Of a DNA stretch of 64,000 bases, positions 26,480-41,642 are shown piece by piece (the stretch's first letter is position 1; every line of letters starts with the position of its first letter). The position numbers and the translations under genes are program-made. The notes under the pieces were generated by a model. It did not search any database. It was given only the letters and a program-made list of their open reading frames with translations, and had not been told where the DNA came from. Source of the DNA: Malacoraja senta (taxonomy: Eukaryota); assembly GCA_038087875.1 (NCBI GenBank), contig CM075989.1:7750001-7814000 (forward strand), read 5' to 3'.

Positions 26480-26725
26480 GGTACTGTATGGAGTTTGCAT
26501 GTTCTCCCCCCTGTGACCGTGTGCGTTTCTTCCGTTGCTCCAGTTTCCTCCCACATCCCAAAGACGCATTGGTTTATAGGTTAATTGGTCTCTAAATTGC
26601 CTCAGGTATATAGGGAGTGGATGCGAAAATGGGATAACAGAAGTAGAGTGTGAACAGGTGATCGATGGTCGGCGTGGACTTGGTGGGCCGACGGGCCAGT
26701 TTCCACACTATTTCTCTCAACTACA
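26480..26725 (+). mobile_element. V-SINE (HE1-like), 5' truncated
   Basis: V-domain and tail homologous to 2533-2820. Confidence 0.75.
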
Positions 26726-26800
26726 ATCACTTTCCCACTGATTTAATTTGTAAAATTTGGAACTTAACGTGACCGCTGACATGCCAGAGATAATACTCAC

Positions 26801-26857
26801 TCGGATCTGATTCTTCAGTTGCTCAGCCTCCTGACGTAACTGCTCCAGCTCACTCAT
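26801..26857 (-). CDS. GNB1: G protein beta-1, first coding exon (MSELEQLRQEAEQLKNQIR); exon acceptor probably at 26899
   Basis: Manual translation; ATG at 26857-26855; donor GTGAGT; 57 coding nt; upstream TTTATTTTTAAG acceptor. Confidence 0.97.
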
Positions 26858-29800
26858 TTTCCTGCACTAAGCTTGCCTCCACTGCAACACTCCCAATATC
26901 TTAAAAATAAACAGAAGCAAGTTACTATCTGAAGATAATCAATGATTAGAAAAAACATTTAAATAATTCATATAATCTTGTCCATTCACTCCACGTTTAC
27001 ATTTTCATTTAACAAAAGTAAAACAGGGGAATCAGGTTAAAAACACGAAACTATAAAATGTTTGTAGGAAATAACATTTAATTTTAGTCATCAATAATGC
27101 AAACAGAATCCAAGGGTAAAATTACAATCAAAATTTTAAGCTTTGCTGAGAGCAAATTTTATTCCATATTTTCCAGGCAGTTAAAATGTATTACCAATTT
27201 TGCAGATAGCACGATGAACCACATAACCATTCCAGAATCATACAATACTCTCCTTTAAATGCACAGCAGTCAAGGGCAGAAGAGTGCAATCCAGTGCCAG
27301 CACTATATGAATCAGGGTCCCCTCTACCTCACCAGAGTAAACTTAGTTACATACTTACTATTCTTTTTATGAGTTCTAAATAGCAGTTCACCCCAATGGT
27401 TCAACAATTTTGTATAGTCTAGAGCATTCACTAAGTGTGAATGGCAGAGTCTTCTCAACAATAATTCACTCAAGGTTAAGGGCTGTCACTTTCACTGTTA
27501 AGCCAAATCGGTTTAAACAAAAACCTGCTGATTATACGAACATGGCAATCCATGACCCAAATCCAGTTATTGCCTTAAATTTATATTTACGGTATCTTTA
27601 TGGCAAAACAAATGAAAGTTGGCATTCAGGTGGAACAATGAGAAGGTTCCTAAATATAACTATTACTGAATATCATTTTTGGACAAACTAACCAAACTTC
27701 GGAAAATAATCTAATCAATTTAGAAACATATGCCATTTTGTTAAACACCGAGAAACCAACAACTCTGCTAGAGTCTCTTTATCTAAATATACATACCATA
27801 AAGGACATGTGCAATTCCAAATGGACCAATACCACACCCTTTTTCATTACACGGTACCTATTTTTCAAAGTTTTCTCGAATAATTAAACTTCAAAGGTAA
27901 ACTTAACCATCTTTAAACTGAAGATAAAACTAAATTTTAGATAAAACAATTTCAGATCTCAAAAATAGGCAAATGTGTTTAAAACAAATGAGATTTACAA
28001 TATGATGGTTGACCAAGCTATCACCGTCCTACTCACCTAGATGCCAGCGTTATTTGAAGCGAACTGAGTAGCACTTCACTGAAATTAAGCCTTTGTTACA
28101 AACTAGCTTCCATCCTGAACAACTCATTGGCTCATTCTAAACCAAGCTTGTGTTTAGGACAATGACATCAAATCCTTTAATCTTTTTATAAAACATCATG
28201 CCTGGGTTAAAGCTATCAGACCAAAATCTAATCCATAGGGTTGTCAGTACCATTTACTCCACATTGTAGTAAATGACCTCCATCTCATTTTAATCGCACC
28301 GATTTGCTCAGTTGCAATGGTGCTTTTACTTCCTCAATGATACATCTACACTGCTCTTGCATAGATTGATGAACAAATTTGGGCCCTGTCTCGTTACTAA
28401 TGCTATCAACTCCCATTAACCGGACCAATTATACGGTACATTTTGAATCAGATGTTAGGCATGTTTTCCCAATGGTTTAAGACCTGCTTTAAATATTTTG
28501 AGCACAAGTATATTTATTTTCAGAATGAGAATCTCAGGAACAGGGTAAAAAATAACAATCCTTTCATAATTTGCACGACAAGCTGCCAAAACATGTTATT
28601 AGGAGAATTTATTATCAATATCAAAATGTCTTGTGAAGCCAGTTTAAAACCAACCCGAATGGACATCAATTTTAGCAAAGACTTACTCATCGGCAAAATG
28701 TACAGAAACCAGCTGGTATCCAAATGCTTGCCACTTGCCTATATATTGCTTCCAATGTGTCTATTTATCCACACAGTAAAATAAAAAAGGAGTGCGAGGG
28801 CATTTATTGCAAATGGATATAAAGAAAGAATCGCACTAACTATTCGTATTTCCTAGTTTTTCTGCATACAATAGTGAGGCTCTGTGGACATGTATTTTAA
28901 TTTCCATTTCCTCATATCCATTGTCAATAAATGCTGTCACGCCATTTTAATTATTCAAAAATATATTAATCATTGTACAATAACAATTGTACTTTAACAC
29001 GCTCAACTCACTGGATATAGTTTGAGTTATTCTTATTTAAATAATAATGATAGTGTATTGCAGTTGCAATGAACAAATGTGCACAAATGAATTGCCAGTT
29101 AAAAATGGCTGCTCTTAAATATTCATGTTAAGTCTCCAAATTTATGTCAGACTATGTTTCCTGATATTACTTACGTTAAGTTTAACAGAAATAAAGGAAA
29201 TAGTGATCGCATGAAATAGTATGAATGGGTGATCAATGGTCAGCATGGACTCATTTCCATGCTGCACCTCTAAACTAAACTAACTGAATAAAGTAATGGA
29301 ACTAAAAATAGCAGACGAATCTGGAACCTCGAAAAATCGCTGGATGCAATAAGGCCACACTGGAGTAAAATGGCTTTTGGTAACTCCAATTGGATGCAAA
29401 GCATTTAGAGCCAATGAATGCCTCAAAATACAGACACTTTAATAAAGAAATTATGCCAAACTACACAAAAGGCTCCCACGAGGTGCAATGTAATACGCAA
29501 TTTTTTTTTAAATGGCTAATTGATTAAACTCACCACCAGACTTTCGCATCTCGAAAATGAGTCATTCTGGGCCACTAACATTGCATTTCTCCAATCAAAT
29601 TAGTAAACTTGTATTGTACACAATAGCTCATTTAGTAATAGATACGATGACATATGCTGAGAAATGGAGAACTGGAATTAGAAACACCTAAACAATTTAA
29701 GGTTCTCTGTTCTTAGGATTACGGATTTATAAACCAAGTAGTTTTTGGTTTCATTTCTAGGATAGACAAATGATACATATAAAGCTAACAATTTATATTA

Positions 29801-32345
29801 TTCTTTGGAATGCTATTTCACTATCTAATCTGCATGTAATTCAATCCACTGATGGTATCACTCAAAAGCAAATGCTTATGAATACCACAAAACATCTCAG
29901 TACTTAAAATGCCACCATGGATATGAATATATCTTCGTGAAACATTTTTAATCCATCAATCTTTAAGTTTGCTTTTTCCGAGAATTAACCTTTGTTTGTT
30001 TATTTTATTACTATGATCCTAGGAGAGTCGTGAAAATCATTGCTATTTACACTGATAATGGCAGGGCTCTTGTGCTACCTATCATTAAAGCACTGTGTGC
30101 AACAAACAACAATCCCAATACAAATTTGGACAAAATCACATTGGTCATTGCAAGTGCAATCCAGATGTACATTAGAAACTGCTGCAATCTGATTTCTTCG
30201 GCTCTTCAACTTACACCATTACTTGCTCATCAACTCTACTTTGATTTTTCTGCTACTTATTTACAGCAAGGATTTTATTTTAAGCGGTAGGCCATTAACC
30301 CATCAGCACATTTAAGGAGTGTGGGTGAAATCAGAGCACCCAGTGGAAACCGGCATGATCATTGGGAAAACTATAGATAACCTTCTAGTTCAGGAGTGAA
30401 CCTAGATCATTTAATCTCAATAGCTGCTGCATCACCAATCTACAAGAAATCTTAAGCAATTGAACTATCTCAATTTTCCACTATTAACAATTTTGATCTG
30501 TTCAAATTAATGCTGCTCAAAATATTTTTTTGGAACCTAGCAACACTTATCAGAAACTGACAATGTAATACCTGTTCCTTTTGTCCAATGCTGCTATATT
30601 AATGATCAGATGACTCTCTCTCTCTCTCTTGATAGCTGTGGCTAACTTGGTAATTTTTTTTGTAAGTAGTCCAACTTGCAAGTGTTGCTAATGATGTGAG
30701 AAGGACGAGGGAAAATTCTGGAAATAGCGATAATAGATTCTTAGCACAGAAACAGACCCTCTAGTCCATATCTGTGCAGCTTATCACATACTAATTACAT
30801 TTACCAGTCCTGTCTTCCTCAGTGCATTGGTGATTCAAGTGTTTGTTCAGATGCTACTTATATTGTTGAGTATCTGCCTCCAACATTAGTATTCCAGAAA
30901 GGAACTCTGGGTGATAACAATTCCGCCGACATCCTCTAAATCTCTTTATCCTCACCATAACCCCATGCCATCTTGTCTTAACACGGAGGTTTCTTTCCAT
31001 ATCCGGAGCCTCTTTTCTTACCTACCCTATCATTGCCAATTAATTTTGTATAACCCTGTCTCTCTCTGAAGATGCCATGCCACCAGCTAAGATTTGCACC
31101 GTCATCCTTTTTAATGTTTGTGCTATATAAACACGTTTAAATCCAGAAGATTGTACACGTTCACATCCCACCACGACTTGCAAATCAGTTAAATAACAAG
31201 ACTTGGAAAACCCAGTGTTTTGTATTGCAGACCTATAGTTATGATTAAACTCCCAAGTGATCACTGAAGGGATCTTATAATTCACTCAATACAAAGGAAA
31301 ATCAACAATAGGAATTTCCAGGGATGCCCGACTCATCAGACAAATATATATAAAACCGTGCAATCAAGTCTAATATGTGCCTTGTATTTGCATAGAATCT
31401 TTTGTGTCAACACTTCACATGAGGTTAGCTAATTAAAATTCTTCAAATGATGTGCTTGGCAGCTAATCTATATAAAGCAAACAATTTGAATCATATTGGC
31501 GAAGGTACCCTATTCCTCAAACGGCACCCACGGAGATGTTATGTGCTCCTGAGTAACAGACTGATTATTTCAAATCTCGTGGAATTTGAAAATTGATGTA
31601 AATAAAGGTCTTCAATTTACTTAGCGTCCTGACGTCAATGAACTACCAATAATATTGTACAAGCCAGGAACTAACAATGCTTCAAGTTATTTACAAGTAG
31701 CATCACCTTTCAATGTTCGCTTTAAACTTCAGAACCCTAGTACGCTAGAATACCCAAAAGTTCTCGTTATTCAATTCACACACAGAAGATACAACTGTGG
31801 TACATCAGAGAAATTTTAGTTAAAGTGAAATTAAATGTGACGTTTTACTCTTGGCTAATAGCAGGAATGCCACAAACTGAGAATATTCCAAATTTTAACA
31901 CCCTTTTCTCTATACAATATTTTTATTTTAAAAAGACGGCTCAGGCATTTTATAACCCTAGCATAGATGTTGACACAAATGTCAAATAAATTTAGTTTAC
32001 AAACTGCATCAAATTTATACAACTTAACATGAAATTTACCTATGAAATAAGCATAAGAACACGTGAGACAGCATAGATCAGGAATTAACTTTATCATCCA
32101 TATGAAAAGGTGTGTATACAGCCAGAATATTCAAATATAATGACTGTTAAACTTTAAAAATAGGCACAATAAATCATAAGTAGTAGATAAACGGACATGT
32201 CGAGCGATGACTAGTACAACGGAGAAGATTGAGGAAAAATTCTTCTGCTCACGACTTGCAGCCGTGTAGTTTATTCTTTCTAATTTGATAGCTCATTTTT
32301 TAGATGCAGCACAATGGAAATTTCAAGTAATATTTTTGGAATATT

Positions 32346-32402
32346 AGTGAGGTACATGCATATCAGGACCAGGGAGCAGTCCTGATATGCATGTACCTCA
32401 CT
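32346..32402. repeat. Perfect 24-bp inverted repeat with a 9-nt loop
   Basis: AGTGAGGTACATGCATATCAGGAC-CAGGGAGCA-GTCCTGATATGCATGTACCTCACT. Confidence 0.95.
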
Positions 32403-34488
32403 GAGACCTTCAAATTATCTTTAATCGGACTTTGCTGGACTTTAACTTGCATTAAACATTCTACCCTTTATCCTGCATTTGTACAGTGGACAGCTTGAAT
32501 GTAATCATATATAGCCTTTTCACTGAATGGATAGCATGCAACAAAAAAAAGCTTTCCACTATACATCGGTACATGTGACAATAATAATAAACTAAATATT
32601 GGCCATAACATCCCAGTCCCACATACCTATCCATGCCCCAAGTTCAACCGCCTTACCCATCAGATCTCTTGCATTGAAATAAATAATTTAATCCAACACT
32701 CTTTCCTTGTTCCATGCTGTGCACCTGTCTGTCTTATCTGCTGAAGCTACCCTTAACTTCTCTATCAATTTTCAGCCTGATCTGCCTCACTACTGCTTTG
32801 GATCCCACTCCCCTGCCAATCTAGAGTAAACCCTCCCCAGGAGAAAAACTGTTTACCAAGATATACACTTAAATGTTTAAACATTTTACTTCTTATAAAG
32901 GAGCAGATTAGAAAAAATTGGAAGAGCTAACATGATCCAAGTGAACAAATTGTGCTATTTGCTCGAAAAGTTGTACCCAGAGATAGTATAAATTTTGGAA
33001 AACTAGGGGCATCTAGATTTACCCATTACTCTATCGGGTATTTCAACTCAACAAATAGTTCAGCTCGCATTCCAGTCACATTCACATGGCTACCTCAGTT
33101 TTGACTTGAAACAAATTTCAAAATACTGTTTCATTAGGTGAAAAGAAAATGGAAACCAAACAGTGACTGTATGTGCTTTGAAATATCAAATATAGTGCCT
33201 TAAATATACTGTCCCCACAATAGGTGAAACAATTGCATTTGTCTCCCATATAAAGCATTAATGCAATTTTTTCATGAATTAAAGGAAGATGGCTCTATTC
33301 TATCAACTACAGCTGAAGCTATTATCCAACACAATTGCAGGATCCCCTCAGGTAATTAGAAAATAATAAGCAGCATGTTGCCAATTACCTTCCTCCACAC
33401 ACGCTGTATTCCACCCTCCCCAGCAGCATTCAATTACTTCTGTCAGCAAGCACCAGCTGGCACTGCAGAGTTGATTAATCCCAGTCTCAAACATTCAGCC
33501 AGGGTTTGTAACAACTCTAATCTGTTACTGCTACCCAGGATTGCTTCTGGTGAAATCACACGAGCCTGAGAACCAATATCTTTGCTGGTAGATTTTTGGT
33601 TGCTGTAATAAGCAAATAACATTTACTGAGCTTAGTTACACAACAGATCTACCATCTAAAGCTGTTCAACTGCAGAGAAAGTTGCGAATCATTTGATAGC
33701 TCATGTGTAACACAGATTTTTATGGCAGGAGTAAAAGCGCAGCATACACCGATTCCCAGAAATCCCTGCAAAATGTACAATTATGTGCAAATTTAATAAT
33801 GGGTACATTTTGCACATGGCTATTGTCTGAATAAATATTAATTTTATTTTTTCTTAAATATTTCAGAGACATTCTGAACATTGCAAGAACAATCTTGAAT
33901 ATCAAGATGTCATTGGCCAGGGTAACTGAAAAATACATCTAACCATACAAGTCTACCATTCAACAAAAACAGAACTGAAGAGTCTTCAAGAATAACGTTT
34001 CCCATAATGTTACTGTATTGAACTTGAGGCTCAAATAAGCTTATGTAACTTAGACAAATATCACCAATTGAATCCAGCATACGATTCTACAATTTTCAGC
34101 AGATATACTGCAAGCAGCCGTGCATCATACAAGATTAGGCACAACTTGATCGCTATACTCAAAATTATGAATGATTTTGATAGGGCTAAATAAACTTCCA
34201 ATGGGGGATGTGACTGGAAAAAAGATTCCATACGAGCTGAACCACTGGCAGCATGTTTTTTATTCCATAGAAAATTGTGGGGATCTGGAATGCCCTACTT
34301 GAAAGATTCAAACAATTCAGCAGAACATTGGATAACAGGCAAGAATATTTCAGGGAAATATGACGACTGGTGCTTATTCTACAACAGTCCAAGCAGAAGC
34401 TGAATAGCTTCCCTTGTAATTATGATTCTATGATCATAATCTTATGATTCTATGATCAATCATTGATCTATTTTGAATTGAACATTTG

Positions 34489-36579
34489 CAGAGCTGCCAA
34501 GTTTTGTCAGAGCATTTCAGTATTCTGGTACCTGAAAATCAGTATTTTGCTGAGGAAATCAGTATTTTTACCCAGTACCATTTTGCTGGATTTTTTTTTT
34601 TTTTTTAATGTGCGGTCATACCCATGTTAGAGTACAAGAATGCATAACTTTGCTACTAACTGACAGGCCTTCTATGCACCTTACTTGACAATGCATTCAT
34701 TGCCATCTCTTTGTATACTGTTTGAACGGCTGCTTCCTGCTTTTAGCACCAGATGATGTAGAAGCCATTTTACATTTTTAATCCCTATTCTTTCTAATCT
34801 TGTTGCGCCTCATCCCTCGACTCGCAACAGCTTTGCATCCACCACGCCACGTGGTACGTAATGCGCGCGAGCGCCCGTGAAGCCCCGACCAAAGATCAAA
34901 GCGTAGTACACCATGGGTCATTTTTTGCGCCATGTTAATGTGCTCGCGATTACCTTCATGGCGTCCACATCTACAGCTCACTGACTGAATGATAGACGCC
35001 CTGACTGAACATCACACCATTACGATCAATTATTTTAGGATAAGCCTTTCCAGAGAACATGCTACTTTTTGCTTCGCCCATTTTCAAAATGTTTATTCAT
35101 GGGCGGAAATTGCTTTTAAAACATGGGGGGGCCCCCCCCCACAAATTTCCTGGCGGCCCGGTTACAAGTGTGCATGACAACGAACAATTTTTATCTCCTC
35201 TCACCCTCCTCCCTTTTTCTCCCTCCCTCTGCACCCCCCCTTCTCTCCCCCTTGAGCCCATCCCACCGTTCTGTAAAATCAACACCAATCCCAATGTAAC
35301 TGCAATCCCACTGGTAACCGTTCACCACTAGGCGTAGCCAGAATTCTGCCACTGCCTGAAAAATAATCAGGCTCAACTTCCACTGAGAAAGAGAATTCCA
35401 AAAACTCATTGTTATACGAGAATTTTCCCAGTCAGTGACCCATAGCGCTATGTGTAAAGCCCATAGCGCTCCATTTAGAACCCATAGCGATGCAGCCGAC
35501 AGCTCTTCGTTTAAATTCCCACGTGTTAAACTGACAGCGTTCGGTTTAAACCTGGAGCGGGACAGGCAGTGACTCTGGAGAGAAGGAATGGGTGATGTTT
35601 CTGGTTGAGACCCTTCTTCAGACTGAACTGAACTCTCGTTGGTGAGAGTACTTGTGATCATCTGAAGAAGGGGAGGGAGGGAGTGAAAGGGAGGGAGAGA
35701 GCAGAGACACATGAGAGCAGGTTGAACAAATAAAGATAACGAAGGCTGTTGGAGGCAACGAAAGCTGCCTTGCATAACACTGTACAAATGTCACCCATTC
35801 CTTCTCTCCAGTCGCTGCTTGTCCCGCTGAATTACTCCAGCTTTTTGTGTCTATCTTTAATTCCATAGATAAATAAAAAACAGAGTGCTGGAGGAACTCA
35901 ACCGGTTGGGCGGCATCTGCGGAGGGAATGGATTAGGAGTTGTTTTGGGCCAGGTACTTCTTCTATAGGAAGGAACTGCTGATTCAGTTGTCTTTGCAAA
36001 ATGCCAAATGATTCCGGGAATGCCGAGGTGAGAGAGTGAGAGAGCGAGAGAGAGAAAGAGATGAGAGAGATGGGGAGTGGGAGGGAGAGAGCGAAAGACA
36101 GAGAGATACAGCGAGAGAGGGAGGAGAGGGAGAGAGAGAGGGGAGAGAGCGAGAAAGAATGAGAGATAGAGAGATTCCAGCCTCTTAACCCCAAGCGCCG
36201 TGGTAGATCAACGCTTACAAAAATAATCATCCAGATCTTGAAATTTAAAATACTAATACATTTAATCTGCTATAATATTTAGAGGTACAGTATGACTTTT
36301 TATATCCTTGCATTTTTTAAGCAGCAAGATCTTGTCAATTTCATCGGGTTATTACTTTTCCATTGGCGAGTCGTATGTTAATAAAACAGGAAGTTGGGCC
36401 GATCTCGGTTGTTCCCACCTCCCCGTTGCACCTTGGCTGGTACAACGGTGACTCGTTGTTACGATTATCTATGGTCGGATTTTAAAAAAATCCGTATTTT
36501 ACAATGCAAAATCGTACATCAGTATTCTTAGCGCATTTTCGTACAAAATACGGAAAATCTGTACTACTTGGCAGCTCTG
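34489..36579. mobile_element. Non-autonomous TIR transposon (hAT-like) with a 6-bp TSD
   Basis: 14-bp perfect TIR CAGAGCTGCCAAGT; CATTTG direct repeat at 34483-34488 and 36580-36585; subterminal AAATC(A/C)GTATTTT repeats at both ends. Confidence 0.8.
36028..36175 (+). repeat. Degenerate (GA)n polypurine tract
   Basis: Read directly. Confidence 0.9.
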
Positions 36580-36869
36580 CATTTGGGAATGTTGTATTTC
36601 TGGGGGGAAAATATTTGGATGGAAGTGTTTTTCACTACGGTCACTTCTAGTGCCCATAGAACAATAGCATCACATTGCTCAAGCTTCACTACAAAGATCT
36701 AAGCATAAAACAGGCTCATATTAAGTACAGCCTGAGATACCATTGCAACAGTTTGACTGGTATCAAATGTTAAAATAGCTCTCTCAGTACTAAGAAACAG
36801 ATCCAATTTTACACAACCCCATAAGGACACACAATATGATTGTAACAGTATAGGAAGAGACCAGGAACC

Positions 36870-37595
36870 TTGTCTAATGGTGTCAGAACAACCACCTAGC
36901 CCTAATAGCAGCAAGTCAAAAGAGTTAGTTGTTGACCTAAGGAAATGGGGGAAAACATAATAAATCTAACCTGGTGCCTTTGCACTGATGAAGAGATCAA
37001 GAAAGTGCAGTGTAGTTAGTTTCTTAGGTGGCTGAGAAAATCTGAGACACTCACAAGGAACCTCGAGCTTCTACAGCTGCACTTTAGAAAGTATTCTGAC
37101 CAGATGCACCTCAGTCTGGTATGGCAACTGCTGTGCCCTCGACTGCCTGAACCTAGAGTGGTGAACACAGCCCAGTCCATCACAGGGTTAACACTACCTT
37201 CCATCCAGTCCATCTTCACATTGAGTCAGGAAGGCTGGAAGTATTTTAAAGGAAGTCTGCCACCATTCTGAGAGAATTTACGGGAGCTTGAAAGACCGGA
37301 CATCCAGACTTAAGAGTAGCTTCTTTCCCACTGCCATCAGACTCCTGAACATCTTTTATAGCACCTCATTGATGGTCCTGCCACATACTCTTAACTCTAC
37401 CTCATTCAGTTATTCCATTATTGCAGTTATCTGTCTTGCACTACTTCAGATTGCACCATAATCTGAATTGAATTTATATTCTGCCGTTTTGCATCTGTTG
37501 TTGTATCAGTCATTATCATGTATTATTAATGCTCTGAATTTCATGCGACAAGGCATTTCATTGCATTCTGATGAACACAACAATAATCAGAATCT
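36870..37595 (+). mobile_element. Degenerate Rex1/L2-like LINE 3' portion
   Basis: Decayed NHLxLNxSKxKELVVD motif at ~36890; TTTCATTGCA...AATAATC tail. Confidence 0.55.
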
Positions 37596-40500
37596 TCACA
37601 CCTTTTCAAGCAACTAAATGTTGCCTCTAAACAACCCCAAAACAATCTACAGTGCACAAATTCCCATATCACACTGCTGCACCCCATCGACCTGATCTTT
37701 TGGTCTATAAAATATCTAACAACGTATTGGATGAGTGAAATTCCCTGGCAAAAACTAGGAAAAGTCAAATGCATCTTCAGAATCTGTAACAAATCTCTCT
37801 TTACACGACTTAATTCCCTCTCTGGCAACTATCTGAAATTGAACAAGTATGCTAGCAACTATGGTGCCTTAATGTCAAAATCTTCAGCTTTGTGCCATCA
37901 CTAACTCATCCCATTTCCACTTTCATAAAGTTAGTACACTCAATTCCACATCCTTCACTCTGCCTTCACATTACAACTATTCAGAATTCCAATGCTCATG
38001 ATCTAACTTCAAACAGATTCAGATTTGCCTGTAATTATTATGCTTGCTGAACTATAATGGTTCCTGGTTAAACAACACCTCAATTTTAAATCCACTTAAA
38101 TGCAGTGTAATTCTTTCTAACATCCATTTTTACTTTGATGATGTTCTTGTGATTCTTGTGAAACATCTTGGAAAGATCTGCTGCAGTAAAGATATTACAA
38201 AATACAAGTATTGGTTAATAACTAAATTTCACATTACAAATGCACGGGATTCCCCACAAAATCTAAACTTCAGTATTTCTCAAAATTTACTAAAAGCTAA
38301 CTTCTACCACTACAATTTCCTTTAGGTTCAACACAATCTTGGGGTAAGTGATAAATGACACCTGCCAGTACTGCTACATTCCAGCATCAAATAAAATAAA
38401 AAAATAATCAAATAATTGAATAAAATAATTTTAGTTATATTTAACAGACAGGCTGTCCATGGTAATGCTTCATGCACATGCATGTAGATTATGGAGAATG
38501 ACAGGTAATAAACGCCCAAATACAATTAAAAAAAATTAAGAAATGTTATCAGGGGTTAGACAACTCAAATATTCCTGTACCATCCGCAGGGAAATGAAGT
38601 TACAAATCACAGTTTACTGATTATAGTAATCCCTCATTATAATGGACCGGGGGGGGGGGGTGGGGGGAATAGTGTTTGTTTCATCTGATTGTCTGCTATA
38701 GTTACGTAGGCAAATAAGACCAGTTTATATGGGCATCTTGTGCAGCATGGGCATGGATGAGATGGTCTGAGTGACCTCTTTCTATCGACTCTCTGACCCA
38801 GCAAACACGCAGAATTAATTTTGCTTATAGAATGTTGTATGTGACTTTCAAAATGTGCATATTACTGAACAATCACATCCATGCAGGAAGTGATGGTAGG
38901 AACATTTGGAGTAAAGTAGCATGGCAGAAACAGATTTTTAAAATGTTTGAAAGAAACTGCTAATTTTGCCAAAGTTATTAATTCAGAGATTTCCCTCCAG
39001 ATGCTGTGACAGACATTTTGTGACCGACAAGATCATTGTGCTTAACGCATTTATTTGGAGGATTGCAAAGCATACTAGCTTTATCTCCCATGCAATCTTG
39101 AAAGAAAAACAAGTGTGATCATTGCAAGCAGCAGGATTAAGGTTAGTGCTTTTTACTGTCTTGAACAAGATGTTGGGATGAAGTTCCATTGTCTAGGATA
39201 TATAGTATTAGCCATTACAATCTCAGAAGATGACCATTCAAGATAGAAGGTCATCTGAGAAGCTGGTCATCTGAGTAGATGACCATTCAGGATAGAAGAG
39301 AAGAAATTTATTCGCTCAGAAAATTATGAATCTTTGGAATTCTCTACCCGAGTGGATTGCAAAGGTGCAAATTCTATATTCAAGAATGACGCCAATGGAT
39401 CTTAAGGTATTAAGATAATCAAGGGATATGGGATTAGTTCAAGCAAAGCAGCTACGATCTTACTGAATGGCACAGCAGGCAAGGGATCGGGCTACTCCTG
39501 CATCTATTAAATTGCCTAGCGAGCAAAGCTTTTCTCTCTCCAGACAAATTCACCCTTTGGCTCCAAATTCAGAACAGATATGACTGTTAGAAAGAGTGCA
39601 AAGATGACAAACAATAATTAAAAATCCTTGAAGAATTTAAAACGGGGAAAAATTATTATTTGGGTAAATTTGACATTTATTTTCTCGCTTTCAGCAGTCA
39701 TTAAACTATTTCAAAATCACATTATTCAAAAATACAAGTGTATGGTTGTCCATTAGAGCTCTTGCAGTAATCTCAAAACAGATTACATTTCTTTAATCGT
39801 CAGAGATATTAACCACAATGTCATGCCATCCTTCGCTAAAAATAAAGCCATTGTCATTCGGAAAGTGCTATTTGGAAACTATCAAATTATACCTCAAAAC
39901 TGGGAGATCAATCAGAAAAGACAAATATATTTGGTAAAAAAACATCTTGTAAGGGTTACCGAATCAAAAATTCACAGGCAAGTGTTAAGTGTAATACAAT
40001 TAAAAGGGCATTAATAACTGCAATAGGAAATAAGGTCTGAAGAAGGGCCTCAACCCAAAACATCACCTATTCCTCCTCTCCAGAGATGCCGCCTGCGAGT
40101 TACTCCAGTTTTTTGTGTCAATCAACAGAAAATAGGAACTGCATAAAGTAAATCTCAACATTTACAAACATGGAATTAGTGGAAACAGTTGCATGTTTGC
40201 CAAAAAAAAAAATCAAATTTTGTAGACTAAAATATGCAATGCATTATAAAACTTCAGCGATGAGTGCAAATTACTCCTCAAAGAGAACTTCCCTGCCCCG
40301 AACTATAATAAGGATTTCTGCTTTAATATACCGCCTTAATACCTCGAGATATCCTTGGGTACTTTGTAATGCAGGAGCTACTTTGGACAAATTGGATACA
40401 TAAACCCCCCCAGAAATTTTGAATAAGAACAGGAATTAGAAATAATGAACTAACATCAAACAGGAACAGTTAGTTTTATTTTGGTAACACAGGCCAATGG

Positions 40501-40854
40501 AGAAATGCTTGCCTGAATAATGAAAATTATTTTCGGCATTACTATTAATATCCCTACTTATATTTATATACCTTTAAAATAATAACCCAAAGTGACACCC
40601 ATCAAATGAAAACATGGACCCCCTATCAAAGAATTAAACAAAAAGCACCTTCACGTATCTATGATTCTAAAAGTTGCAATTAGTTTAAAAAAGGTCAGTG
40701 GCTGTAGGAACTTCTAAACCAGTAAGATGAATGGAATGGAGTAGATACAGAGAATAAAAGCAATGGGGTGCCAATAGCAGGTAGGTTTAGCATCAGAGAT
40801 TGTAAAACATAGCAAGGGATCTTGTCAATGGTAATCAGGAAAACAAGTGTTCAT

Positions 40855-41370
40855 CATACCAAAAAAGCAGCAAGCCACACAACATAAAAATTAACATAAA
40901 CATCCACCACAGCGCACTGTGATGGAAGGCAATAAAGTCTTATCTTCTTCCCTCCTTTTCTCCCGCGGACGGGGCAGTCGAACCATCCGCAGTCGGGGCG
41001 ATCGAAGCTCCCGCATCGGGGCGGTCGAAGCTCCTGCGGCTTGTAGCTCCCGAAGTCGGTCCCTAACCAAGGGACCGCGAGATCCACGATGTTAAGTCCG
41101 CAGGCTCCCGCGGTTGGAGCTCCCGAAGTCGATCCCCAGCAAGAGGCCGCCAGCTCCACGATGTTAGGCCGCAGTGCGAACAGAGATACGATACGGGAAA
41201 AGCCACATCTCCGTCGAGGAAAGAGATAAAAAAAAGTTTCCCCCACCACCCCACATAATACAAGACTAAAGATAACCTAAAACATACATTTAACAACAAA
41301 CTAAAAACAACAAATGAAAAGGACGAGACAGACTGTTAACGATGCTGCCATCGTGCGGCACCACCTGGTT
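40855..41370 (-). repeat. GC-rich interspersed repeat, unclassified; probably a non-autonomous retroelement
   Basis: CpG-rich block in AT-rich intron; its end matches 19410-19450. Confidence 0.5.
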
Positions 41371-41642
41371 AAAGATAATATGTTAGCATATAAGATTAGT
41401 TAACTAAATAGTAGAGATAAATTGGCAATTTGAGGCATGAACCTGCAATTCATGAGATCTCAGATATTGGTGTTTAAAAATAAAGTATCCTTACTTCAGT
41501 TAATGGCGAGTGGAAGATGGCAGCTCAGTACCTGAGCAGCAAAACCGCAGCCTGATGATGAACAAAGATTTCTGATCCAATAGGCTGAGATAGATGTTAT
41601 TACTGAGGATAGTATGATTAAAAGTTAAAGATAGTAAACTCT

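Noticed and set aside
35191-35787. 198-aa ORF
   Set aside because: Spans repeat pieces inside the TIR element; no coherent protein motif
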